Below the pieces are notes generated by a model. That model had not been told where the DNA came from and made no database searches. It was given only the letters and a program-made list of their open reading frames with translations. A stretch of 64,000 bases of DNA from a virus (taxonomy: Duplodnaviria; Caudoviricetes): positions 96,001 through 160,000 of IMG/VR virus record IMGVR_UViG_3300011559_000001. One strand, written 5' to 3'. This document shows positions 55,577-64,000 of the stretch, one piece after another. Position numbers and translations under genes: made by a program. Within the stretch, counting starts at the first letter, position 1; every line of letters starts with the position of its first letter.

Positions 55577-56188
55577 TTACCCGTTTTGCAGATCGCGGAT
55601 GATGGCTTCCAGTGCCTTGATGTTCGCCGCTTGGGCGTCGATCACGGCCTGCTGCTGTACGACCGTTGCCCGATCGGTGGTGCGATTGGTGATGGCGGCT
55701 TGCCGGACTGCTTCGAGCGTCGCGTGCTGTTCTGCGGTCACCACTCCCGCATAGGGAGCGGCAAGGATCTCCACCACGGCGTCCACACCAGTGATGTCAG
55801 ATGCCACTGAAGCCAACGAAGCCTTCAGGTGCACCAAGTCCACGTCATCGGGCAGCGGGCCTACCAAGACGGACCCTACGATGCGCTTGTAGGGAACGCC
55901 GGACAGGTCCGGGAACTTTTCGATGAACGTGTCGGGGACATGGATCACGGCCGAGACGGCCGACTGCAGGGTGACGATGTGCGCCCCTTCTGCCTTGTCA
56001 GCCAAGTACTGTTCTTCAGGTACGTTCCTCGGCGCGTAGTACTTGGTGAAGACATCCTCGCCACGGTTGACGAAGTCTTCAAAGCTACGGATGGCGATGC
56101 ACTCATAGAGCGTATCGCCCAACGTGCTCCACGGCGTGCGCAGGGAGTAGATGCCCTTGGCGTGCAAGGATGGCGTGTTACGTGCCAT
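55577..56188 (-). CDS. Conserved jumbo-phage protein with C-terminal coiled coil
   Basis: P.L..KG.Y.L..PW...Y.C.AIR...IVTL...HVPD..I..FP pattern; AAGGAG RBS. Confidence 0.8.
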   Translation of the reverse strand: MARNTPSLHAKGIYSLRTPWSTLGDTLYECIAIRSFEDFVNRGEDVFTKYYAPRNVPEEQYLADKAEGAHIVTLQSAVSAVIHVPDTFIEKFPDLSGVPYKRIVGSVLVGPLPDDVDLVHLKASLASVASDITGVDAVVEILAAPYAGVVTAEQHATLEAVRQAAITNRTTDRATVVQQQAVIDAQAANIKALEAIIRDLQNG

Positions 56189-56199
56189 AGCTCAACTCC

Positions 56200-57948
56200 T
56201 TAGGTCTGCGGACCGGTGTAGATGTGCAGGGTGAATTCCTTCTGCGAGACCACGCCGGTGTCATCGGTGATCTTGGCGGTGACCTTGATGTCGCCGGCAG
56301 CCAACGGATCGGCCGAGAAGTCACCGGTATCCGGATCAAGCACTGCACCGGAGAGCTTGCTGACGTCGGAGACCTTGACCAGCTCGTAACGATACGGCTG
56401 CGTGCCGCCAATACCCACGAACTTGGTACGGTACTTGCCAGCGGCGATATTGGCGTTCGGCATGGCCGAGACACCTTCAGCACCGTTGGAGGTGATGCGC
56501 AGTGCGTCCACGCCGCGCGGCGGGAAGTACGACTGCACCGACTGGCGCGAGGCCACCAGGTACTGGATGTTGTTGTAGTTGGCCACCACGTACATGAACG
56601 TCTCACCGGCCGGGTTGGTACGGCGCAGGCGGGTCATGGGGTAGGGCTGCTGCGGCAGGTCGGAGAAATCGGTCATCGACTCGGCCACGTACAGCATGTT
56701 GTTCAGCATCTGCACCCAACGCTGGGTGTCCGGCTGCATGCGGTTGAAGTCGGTCGATCCGGTGACCACGGACATATAGTCCGGCCAGACTTCCTCGAAG
56801 CGATCCTGCCCGTTGCGGTTCTCCGGACCACCAGTGATCAGCAGGGCCAGCGACTTGTAGGGCACACCCACCACGGCCATGACCGAATCGATGTGTTCCT
56901 GCGTGTAGGCCGTACCGGTGCAGGTACGACGGGCCGTGGACAGCGCGTTGAGGGCATTGACAGTGGGCGAGTACACGCCGTCCTGCAAGGTCTCATTGGG
57001 CACTGCCATCTGGCTCCACATCGGCGTCACGATGAACTCGGTGGAGGTGAAGATGTCCGGGAAAATGACCGCCCACTCTTCACGAGTGTGGGTGGAGTTG
57101 TCCAGAATCCAGTTGGCCAGGCCTTCCTTGATCGAGTCGACGTTGTCACCGGCAATGCCGTAGATGACAAACGACCAGTTCGTCGGCAAGGTCCAATCCT
57201 TGTCGTTCGGATCGTGGTACAGGAAGTTGATGGTGCGGATCTTGGTTTCCGGCTGCCCGTCCTTGATCTGGTCGATCAAGATGTGGGTCTCTTCCATCGT
57301 CCGTGCCTTGACCTTCACCTCGACTTGGTCAGCCAGCAGGAAGAAGTCATCCAGACGGGCGTTGTCGATCGGGGCCAGGAACTCGAGGTTGAACTCGTCA
57401 TACTCACTGGCGAAGGCCTCGTTGGCAAACCAGATCTTGGCTCGCGAACGTTCCAGCTCGGCCCGTACGGCCGGGTCCCAGGTTGCGCCCAGCGCATCCG
57501 GGTTGATATAGAAGGTGAGACTGGCCGGCAGCCAGACACCGTCTTGGGAGATCATCTGACCTACGACCGCATCGCGGATCTGCCCGTCGTACTCAGCCAT
57601 CAGCAACTGACGGCACAGTTCGGCGTTGTTGGTGAACGTACCGTTGAGCGCTTGGGTATGGCACCAGCGCATCATCGACGTCAGCAACGTGGCGTAGGGG
57701 GTGGGGACTTCGAAATAGTCGTCCTCCGGGGTCCGGCTGGAGAACACAGCCAGTTCCAGCGTGGTGGGGCTACCACCGGTGGAGGTCGTGGCGAAGTACG
57801 CACGGTCCTTGGCGTAGGTGGAACTGCGCAGCGAAAGTTCGCCCAACGGAGCGACCTCGTAGCGTACATTGTCCACGAATGCACCGATGGACACGAAGCC
57901 CTTCAGGCTGTACGTGTCCGCCAGATTCGGGTTGTTGGGGTTACTCAC
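56200..57948 (-). CDS. Virion structural protein (phiKZ gp157-like) with a C-terminal Ig-like domain
   Basis: YSLKGF...APLGELS..S.TY.KD...IKIWF...F..EYDEF...W..IFPDIF...EF; C-terminal GGTQPYRY...LDPDTG...ITDDTG; GTG start after GGAG. Confidence 0.8.
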   Translation of the reverse strand: MSNPNNPNLADTYSLKGFVSIGAFVDNVRYEVAPLGELSLRSSTYAKDRAYFATTSTGGSPTTLELAVFSSRTPEDDYFEVPTPYATLLTSMMRWCHTQALNGTFTNNAELCRQLLMAEYDGQIRDAVVGQMISQDGVWLPASLTFYINPDALGATWDPAVRAELERSRAKIWFANEAFASEYDEFNLEFLAPIDNARLDDFFLLADQVEVKVKARTMEETHILIDQIKDGQPETKIRTINFLYHDPNDKDWTLPTNWSFVIYGIAGDNVDSIKEGLANWILDNSTHTREEWAVIFPDIFTSTEFIVTPMWSQMAVPNETLQDGVYSPTVNALNALSTARRTCTGTAYTQEHIDSVMAVVGVPYKSLALLITGGPENRNGQDRFEEVWPDYMSVVTGSTDFNRMQPDTQRWVQMLNNMLYVAESMTDFSDLPQQPYPMTRLRRTNPAGETFMYVVANYNNIQYLVASRQSVQSYFPPRGVDALRITSNGAEGVSAMPNANIAAGKYRTKFVGIGGTQPYRYELVKVSDVSKLSGAVLDPDTGDFSADPLAAGDIKVTAKITDDTGVVSQKEFTLHIYTGPQT

Positions 57949-57980
57949 GGGATAGCTCCATGTGTGGGTTCGGCTTAATC

Positions 57981-58001
57981 TATGACGGAACTCTATACCA
58001 T
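57981..58001. promoter_or_regulatory. Candidate divergent late-promoter cores (TATG on + at 57981, TATG on - at 58001-57998)
   Basis: Both lie in the 70-bp gap between two divergent late-type genes and match the phiKZ late consensus; short motif. Confidence 0.35.
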
Positions 58002-58018
58002 AACCCTAAAAGGCCCTT

Positions 58019-58585
58019 ATGTCCTTTCTCACGATCTTCGTCACGATCGCCCGAGAACTCTTCCCGTTTTTGAAGGAAGCGTTGTTGGAAGGTCAGACCT
58101 TCAGGGTGTGGCTCAAAACGAATTGGTTGACCTTTGCCTGGCTTGTGAACACTGCGTTTTTGGTTCTGATGATCGTCCATCTGTCCGATCTTCTGACCAA
58201 AGCCCATCGCAGTGAGAACGAGATGTTTGGTCAAGTAAGCTCTTTGCGTGCGCCGATCGAGAAGATGGTGGCGCGCAATAAGGAGTTGGCTGCTCGCAAC
58301 GAGCAATTGGCATCGGAGCATGCCGAGCTGAGTTTGTTCAAAACTACCAATGAACCCAAGATCGAGCAATACGAACAGTGGATGCAACACTGTGGCGTAA
58401 ACCTCGATACCGGGCAATGCAAAGCAGTCCGTCAACCGGTACGGCCCGCCCGGGCTAAGCCTACACCCACCGCCCCTCCACCGAACATCAATCTGCCGCA
58501 ACCGCAGCCGGAGCAGAAGCCCACCTTTATGCAACGCATCCGTAAGATGCTCGGTGGTAACAAGAACAAGAACGAGGAAGACTAA
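58019..58585 (+). CDS. Putative i-spanin (Rz-like inner-membrane protein)
   Basis: TM segment, coiled coil, Cys pair and Pro-rich tail; TAATG overlap with a lipoprotein gene. Confidence 0.65.
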   Translation: MSFLTIFVTIARELFPFLKEALLEGQTFRVWLKTNWLTFAWLVNTAFLVLMIVHLSDLLTKAHRSENEMFGQVSSLRAPIEKMVARNKELAARNEQLASEHAELSLFKTTNEPKIEQYEQWMQHCGVNLDTGQCKAVRQPVRPARAKPTPTAPPPNINLPQPQPEQKPTFMQRIRKMLGGNKNKNEED

Positions 58586-58902
58586 TGAGCCGCGCACTTG
58601 TGCTGCTGCTCTGTTTGTCGTTGACCGGGTGTGTAACCATCACCATGCCCACTACCCCACCTCAAGCGTCGCCCCCGGTTGCTGACCGGGCGGCGACGGC
58701 TTGTCGTCCTTTTGTCCCGCCTCAGCGCCGGGCAGTACCCAGTCAGCCCAATATCCCCGAGCAAGAAGGGGAATACGTGGCGTTTCTGGAAACACTGACC
58801 GAACGCATGGTGGGCTATATCGGCGAGCTGCGTGAGTACATCGACAAAGAGCACGATGCTGAAGACCAGGCCTTGCGGAAACACCAACTGGACTGCCAGT
58901 GA
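58585..58902 (+). CDS. Putative o-spanin (Rz1-like lipoprotein)
   Basis: Signal peptide with lipobox LTGC; Pro-rich mature region with additional Cys residues. Confidence 0.75.
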   Translation: MSRALVLLLCLSLTGCVTITMPTTPPQASPPVADRAATACRPFVPPQRRAVPSQPNIPEQEGEYVAFLETLTERMVGYIGELREYIDKEHDAEDQALRKHQLDCQ

Positions 58903-58959
58903 GTGTAATTCGTTACCGGTCCCCTCCATACTACGATAGGTGGATTCCACGGATTAAAC

Positions 58960-60423
58960 ATGAGCAACGAAACAAACAAGCCCACCCACGCCGTCCTGTA
59001 TACGGACGGTGGTTGTGACAACGCCATGGTGGCCGGTTGGGGCGTCCACGGTTACTTCTTCACGCCGGAAGCTGCCAAGCAAGGCACCGGCAATCCCAAG
59101 GCACTGCCCACTGCCCTGGGGTACAACACGGGGGCCACCGGTAAGCCGGAGATCACCCTGACCCACTACGTCGATGCCTTCGGGTCGATCACCCAGAATG
59201 CAACCAACAACGTTGCTGAACTGATGGCCACCTTCAATGCCCTGAAGGTTGTCAAGGACGCTGGGATCAAGAACGTCCACTTCATGAAGGACAGCCAGTA
59301 CGTACTGCAGGGTTTTGACACCCACATGTACAACTGGGCCAAGAACAACTGGACCAAGAAGGACGGTGGTCCGGTCAGCAACACTCCACTGTGGAAGTCG
59401 GTTTACGATCTCAAGGCGGAGATGATCAACGACGGTGTCAACTTCACCACCAAGTGGGTGAAGGGTCACAGCGGCGAGTTCGGCAACGAACGTGCCGATG
59501 GTCTGGCCACCGCTGGCAAGATGGCTGCCCGCAATCAAGCCGCGCGTGATTCGTTCCAGATCAATGAGGCCAAGGGCTTCTGGAATGCCAAGTCCGAACG
59601 CAACCGGATGTTCTCTCTGCCCAACTGGTACTTCGCCGCCTACGCCGGCAAGGCACCGGATGCGCCGGGTGAGCGCCACGTCTACTACACCGGTACCATC
59701 CGCGATGACATCCAGCTGATCGGCAAGCAAATCGCCGATGCCAGCTTTGCGGTCCTGTTCTTGAAGAACCGCGATCCGGTGTTGGACATTGTCGGGGCCG
59801 GTACGCAGGACATGCATGTGGGTCGTCCGCAGGGCGTGATGATCGGCTACCTCGATGCCATCTTCAAGCCGGGCACCTACGATGAGCTGGCTGATTTCGG
59901 TCGTGACCTGCTGATCAAGGATCGTCGTCAGCGTCGGCTGATGACCAAAGACAAGAAGCTGGTACTCCACGAAGCTGATCCGCCGGGCCTGTCGTTCCGC
60001 CTGATGGACCACTTGGGCCTGTTGGAAGATCGTCTGCGCGACTATCTCAACCCCAAGCGTGAAAGCTACGTGAGAATTACTGATCTGACTGGCCTAATCT
60101 ATGAGAAGACGGAAACCAAAAACAAGGTCTCTGTCAAGCTCATTTCTTCGATCAATGCGGGTACGCGTTCGATGAAGGTCGATGGGGCCTACAGCAATGA
60201 GAAGAACAAGGAAGGTTCGCTTCCCATTGTTCTGACGCTGGCCCAGGATCTTCCCGATCGTAATACTCTGGCGGCCTTGGCTGCTGAGGATGTCAAGGTT
60301 TCGCTGCTGACGTGGCCTGAGTCCACGCGCGCAGTTCGCTTTGCAATCGTGATCGAATCCAACGGCGACGTCGGCATCTGGGCAGGTCCGTACTCCAACC
60401 TCCAGATGCTTCCTCTTAAGTAG
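58960..60423 (+). CDS. RNase H1-domain protein (phiKZ gp155-like)
   Basis: LYTDGG, TNNVAEL, DSQYV, KWVKGHSGEFGNERADGLA; long C-terminal extension ending GIWAGPYSN. Confidence 0.92.
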   Translation: MSNETNKPTHAVLYTDGGCDNAMVAGWGVHGYFFTPEAAKQGTGNPKALPTALGYNTGATGKPEITLTHYVDAFGSITQNATNNVAELMATFNALKVVKDAGIKNVHFMKDSQYVLQGFDTHMYNWAKNNWTKKDGGPVSNTPLWKSVYDLKAEMINDGVNFTTKWVKGHSGEFGNERADGLATAGKMAARNQAARDSFQINEAKGFWNAKSERNRMFSLPNWYFAAYAGKAPDAPGERHVYYTGTIRDDIQLIGKQIADASFAVLFLKNRDPVLDIVGAGTQDMHVGRPQGVMIGYLDAIFKPGTYDELADFGRDLLIKDRRQRRLMTKDKKLVLHEADPPGLSFRLMDHLGLLEDRLRDYLNPKRESYVRITDLTGLIYEKTETKNKVSVKLISSINAGTRSMKVDGAYSNEKNKEGSLPIVLTLAQDLPDRNTLAALAAEDVKVSLLTWPESTRAVRFAIVIESNGDVGIWAGPYSNLQMLPLK

Positions 60424-60444
60424 TTCTTTCCTGAGGTCTCTTCC

Positions 60445-60882
60445 ATGTACGGAACGGCGAGTAACGACCAGCGCGGCGTGGGGCTGGTACGGGCAATGGT
60501 GGAGTTTATCCTCTCCAAGCTCGTCAACGAGCACACCCGTCGGATGATCTTCGTGACGAGCATCTACAAGCGCGCCACGCGTTTGGATCATCTGAAGCAA
60601 TCTGCTGTGGTCAAGCTCAATCAACTGATGGTGGTGGCGACCGATACCCGGTCGCTGCCGATGGCTGCGCGATTGCACAATCTCGTGTGGGGTAACACCG
60701 ACCTCAACACCGTGCTCTCTCCGGAAGTCCTTGCTCGTGTAATGAGTGATGACGAACGCCGGGAGATCTCCACACGGGTGGTGGACATGGCTCCCAAGTG
60801 TCTTCGCTACGGGAAGCCTGAAATGATCAGGGACGTCCAACGTCTCCTTTCGCTGGGCAACATGGCGCCTGTGGCAGCCTGA
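60445..60882 (+). CDS. Hypothetical protein
   Basis: GAGG RBS; follows RNase H; ends before a hairpin. Confidence 0.65.
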   Translation: MYGTASNDQRGVGLVRAMVEFILSKLVNEHTRRMIFVTSIYKRATRLDHLKQSAVVKLNQLMVVATDTRSLPMAARLHNLVWGNTDLNTVLSPEVLARVMSDDERREISTRVVDMAPKCLRYGKPEMIRDVQRLLSLGNMAPVAA

Positions 60883-60899
60883 TTGAAAAAGTCTCGCGA

Positions 60900-60941
60900 G
60901 CATAGAGCCCCCGCCCAAACGGGCGGGGGCTCGCTTTATGC
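60900..60941. terminator. CATA-hairpin-TATG element between convergent genes
   Basis: GCATA GAGCCCCCGCCC AAAC GGGCGGGGGCTC GC TTTATGC; core identical to the element at 55538. Confidence 0.85.
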
Positions 60942-60952
60942 TGTCGACCCGA

Positions 60953-61777
60953 TTAGATCTTCGGGGTGACGATGCGCACGTTGTTGTCCACGGCCTTGAG
61001 GAACTCATCGACGCGATGACGCAGCACGCCGTAGAACTCCACATGCTGAGCCACTTCGTAGACGACCTTGGACAGCTTCTCCACGTTGACCGAGGAGAAC
61101 TGGTAGGCGTCGGTGCCCTTGTCTTCGCGCAGGCGCTCGGACAGCACGGTCAGCAGCTGACTCAGTTCGGGCAGGCGCTTTTGCACCTTCTCGTACTTGC
61201 CGTTGCTGTAGATCGTATTGAGCTTCTTGACCTGGTTGTTCAGGTCGGTCCAGTCGCCCTGGCGCTTGAAGGTTTCACCGTAGACGGCACTGGTGACGTC
61301 GGACTTGTCGGGGAAGTAACGGTCCAGCTGCTTCTGGATGCCTTCGATCTTGGGCTCGTGCAGGCCGGGGATCTTCAGGCTGTTGCTCAGCGACTTGAGC
61401 GATTCCGGATCAGCGATGCGCTGCTGCAGCCAGGAGCTGAACGGGGAGAGCACGTCGGCGTCCAGACTGTCCAGTGCTTCGGTGGCCTTGATCAGGGTGT
61501 CACCGTAATCCACCAGCGCACCCTTGAAGCCCTGCGGTACGTACACCTGCAGGCCACGCAGATCGCTGTAGTTGGCACGGCTGGCATTCATGGACAGCCA
61601 GCCGATGTTCTTGACCGAGAAAAAGTCGCCCAGCGACTGCAGGACGTTCTTGGTCAGAAATTCACTGGCTTGATCGAACAGCGAGGGCAGCTTTTCAGCG
61701 GCCTTATCTGCTGCATTGCCACCTACAGCGGCCTCCAGGGAGATCACGTTGCAGGTCTGGCGAAGTTGTTCCAACAT
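60953..61777 (-). CDS. Virion head protein (phiKZ gp153-like)
   Basis: GGAG RBS; N-terminal SLE-A prohead-protease site; YVPQGFKG motif; lies next to UvsX. Confidence 0.75.
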   Translation of the reverse strand: MLEQLRQTCNVISLEAAVGGNAADKAAEKLPSLFDQASEFLTKNVLQSLGDFFSVKNIGWLSMNASRANYSDLRGLQVYVPQGFKGALVDYGDTLIKATEALDSLDADVLSPFSSWLQQRIADPESLKSLSNSLKIPGLHEPKIEGIQKQLDRYFPDKSDVTSAVYGETFKRQGDWTDLNNQVKKLNTIYSNGKYEKVQKRLPELSQLLTVLSERLREDKGTDAYQFSSVNVEKLSKVVYEVAQHVEFYGVLRHRVDEFLKAVDNNVRIVTPKI

Positions 61778-61930
61778 AGATAACTCCACGGAAGGTAGAT
61801 GAGATGACTTGTGTCATAGAGTTAGGTTATCTAAGGTATGGGTTTTTTTACATGGTCGTTTGATACTTTGAGAAACTCCGACGGCCCTCGCCGTTACTCG
61901 ATACCCAACAACACAAGGATTCATTCCGCC

Positions 61931-62821
61931 ATGTTCCAACCCGTCACCTTCCACGACAAGCGTTCGGCCCTCAACGAAATCCTGCTGCAGCAGATGGTGG
62001 GTCTGGTCCAGGGTCTGATCCCGGCCATCCACAACGCCGCCACCGGCAACCGTCCCAGCGAAGAGCTGATGCAGGTGCTGACTGCTGCCCAGCAGAACAG
62101 CCAGGAAATGCTGACCAACTACGGCATCGGCATGAGCGCCATCCGCAACAAGGAAGCCGACCGCGTCCTGGGCCCGGTGATGCGCGATGACAACGAGAAC
62201 TACGCCGACCCGGCACTGGTGCTGGAATACCTGAAGGCCAACGTCGGCCGTACCTACTTCGGCACCTCCGAGCCGACTGCTGCGCCGGATGGCTCGATCG
62301 GCACCGCCGGCTTCGGCAAGAAGTTCAAGGACTGGCTGAACGACCTGCCGGACTTCGACCTGACCCTGAGCCAGCAGATGGCCGCCGGCTTCTACAAGGA
62401 CACCCACACCAACCGTGGTGGTGAGCCGATGCCGCTGCTGGTGCTGCGCAACGGCCAGGAAATCATCGTCGTGGCCTTCCGCAAGTTCGTCTCCATCGAC
62501 GTGCTGAACCTGGACCACGTGCCGGAGGACTACCGCTGGGACAGCCACAGCAAGTACGCTCTGCGTGGCGAGATGTACAGCTACCGCGGCGACCTGACCG
62601 TGGGTCAGCTGGAATCGCTGTTCCTGTCGGCGCTGACCACCCAGGGCATCACCACCGTCAACCCGCCGGTGCTGAAGGAAGTCACCAACGGCCTGTCGCA
62701 GGTCAAGAGCGAAGAGCAGCTGGAGCAGGCCGAAGCTGAACAGCTGGCACAGGCTGAAACCGACGCCAACGTCATCGAAGGCGGCGTGTACGCTGAAGAC
62801 GTCAAGTCCAGCGAGCAGTAA
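61931..62821 (+). CDS. Hypothetical, probably highly expressed protein
   Basis: AAGGA RBS; extreme C/G third-position bias; terminator downstream. Confidence 0.8.
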   Translation: MFQPVTFHDKRSALNEILLQQMVGLVQGLIPAIHNAATGNRPSEELMQVLTAAQQNSQEMLTNYGIGMSAIRNKEADRVLGPVMRDDNENYADPALVLEYLKANVGRTYFGTSEPTAAPDGSIGTAGFGKKFKDWLNDLPDFDLTLSQQMAAGFYKDTHTNRGGEPMPLLVLRNGQEIIVVAFRKFVSIDVLNLDHVPEDYRWDSHSKYALRGEMYSYRGDLTVGQLESLFLSALTTQGITTVNPPVLKEVTNGLSQVKSEEQLEQAEAEQLAQAETDANVIEGGVYAEDVKSSEQ

Positions 62822-62828
62822 TCCGAAT

Positions 62829-62866
62829 GGTCCCCGGTTTCGGCCGGGGACCTTCCCCTTTCTTTC
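62829..62866 (+). terminator. Rho-independent terminator
   Basis: GGTCCCCGGT TTCG GCCGGGGACC followed by a pyrimidine tract. Confidence 0.75.
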
Positions 62867-62879
62867 AGCCGAGTAAACC

Positions 62880-64000
62880 ATGAGTCTGAAGAACCATTTC
62901 AAGAAAGCGCCGAAGATGCGACCACAGCTCAATGTCGGCTCGGTGTTTGACATCCCCAACGGGCGCTACTACCTCGGCAAGCACGGCGAGTCCATCCTCA
63001 ACGGTGGCGTGGCGTACTTCACCGGCGTGGCAGGTAAGGGTAACACCTTCAAGTCCACCCTGATGCATTACATGACGCTGCAGATTCTGAACCGCTACTC
63101 CAGTTCGGAATGCAACATCTACGACACCGAGATGTCGCTGACGGCTGAGCGCATGTACCAGCTGGCCCAGCACATGGAGTACATCGCTGGTCTGGATCTG
63201 GAACAAGAAGATCGCATGCTGATCACCGACTCCACCGCCATGATGGGCGAGGAGTGGTTCGAAGCGCTGAAGAACATGGGCGCTGAGCGAATCTCCAAGG
63301 AAAAGATCAAGCACTACACCCGCACCACCCCGTTCATCAACCACGAAGTCGGTGGTTTCTTCACCGCTGTCGCTCCGACGGTTGTGGAGATCGATTCGCT
63401 GTCCATGCTGACCACCACCACGGTCCAGGCAGTGTTCGACAAGAACGAGATCGGCGACAGTGCCACGAACATGTCGGCCATGTCCGATGCGCGCATCAAG
63501 ACGCAGATGCTCAACCAGTTCCCGGCGTTCACCGCCGCGCACGGCGTGTACATCCTGACCTCGGCCCACGTGGGCAAGCAGCACGTACTGGACAAGTACG
63601 CTCCGCCGGCCAAGCAGCTGCAGTTCCTCAAGGGCGATGCGTCCTTCAAGAACGTGCCGGAGAAGTTCTCCTTCCTGACCAACAACCTGTACTTCGTGCA
63701 CTCGGCAGAAATCTTGCTGAACGCGGACAAGACCGGTTGCGAGTTCCCGAAGGATACCGACGACAAGCGCAAGGGCGATACCGACCTGCAGCTGTTGACG
63801 GTGCAGAACCTGCGTGCCAAGTCTGGCCCGACTGGTATGCCGATCGAAGTGATCGTCTCCCAGAGCGAAGGCCTGCTGATGGGTCTGACGGAGTTCAACC
63901 TGATCAAGTCGCTGGCGCGCTTTGGTCTGGAAGGCAACATGCAGAACTACCAGCTGACCCTGCTGCCGGGCGTGGCCCTGTCGCGTACCACCGTGCGCGG
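62880..64000 (+). CDS. uvsX: UvsX/RecA-like recombinase (phiKZ gp152-like), 3'-truncated by the window edge
   Basis: Not in the ORF track because it has no stop. Manual translation gives MSLKNHFKKAPKMRPQLNVG..DIP.G...G.HGESILNGG...GKGNTFKST (Walker A), YDTEMS, EIDSLS (Walker B) and KSGPTG. Confidence 0.9.
   Translation, partial: MSLKNHFKKAPKMRPQLNVGSVFDIPNGRYYLGKHGESILNGGVAYFTGVAGKGNTFKSTLMHYMTLQILNRYSSSECNIYDTEMSLTAERMYQLAQHMEYIAGLDLEQEDRMLITDSTAMMGEEWFEALKNMGAERISKEKIKHYTRTTPFINHEVGGFFTAVAPTVVEIDSLSMLTTTTVQAVFDKNEIGDSATNMSAMSDARIKTQMLNQFPAFTAAHGVYILTSAHVGKQHVLDKYAPPAKQLQFLKGDASFKNVPEKFSFLTNNLYFVHSAEILLNADKTGCEFPKDTDDKRKGDTDLQLLTVQNLRAKSGPTGMPIEVIVSQSEGLLMGLTEFNLIKSLARFGLEGNMQNYQLTLLPGVALSRTTVR

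Noticed and set aside
1-64000. Alternative genetic code or stop-codon reassignment
   Set aside because: Core genes are full length under the standard code, and TAA, TGA and TAG all occur as genuine stops.

Overview
This 64 kb window comes from a GC-rich phiKZ-like jumbo myophage (nucleus-forming Chimalliviridae type; a Xanthomonadaceae host is plausible but only inferred). It holds the conserved core block in phiKZ-like order: DnaB-like helicase, major capsid protein, non-virion RNA polymerase beta-type subunit, portal, gp128-like and baseplate paralogues, RuvC, NPH-repeat fibres, central spike, SbcC, spanin pair, RNase H and UvsX. It also holds a much expanded tail/adsorption region (about 22-47 kb). 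phiKZ gene-number equivalences come from recalled motifs and synteny, not a database search. The most notable observations are: (1) a putative tail-tip protein with a 20-glycine tether fused to a C-terminal Hint (intein-like) domain, directly downstream of an autochaperone-bearing fibre; (2) three small tip-adhesin-like genes with a constant N-terminus and variable C-termini, two of which are almost entirely synonymously recoded against each other; (3) at least 12 intergenic hairpins flanked by CATA...TATG, mostly without U-tracts, whose flank even forms the Ala-stop end of four genes; (4) a fibre-like protein whose S74 autochaperone lacks both catalytic residues; (5) two GNAT acetyltransferases directly behind the central spike gene; (6) a ~14-aa LxYP repeat array whose motif also ends the major capsid protein; (7) several candidate structured RNAs.
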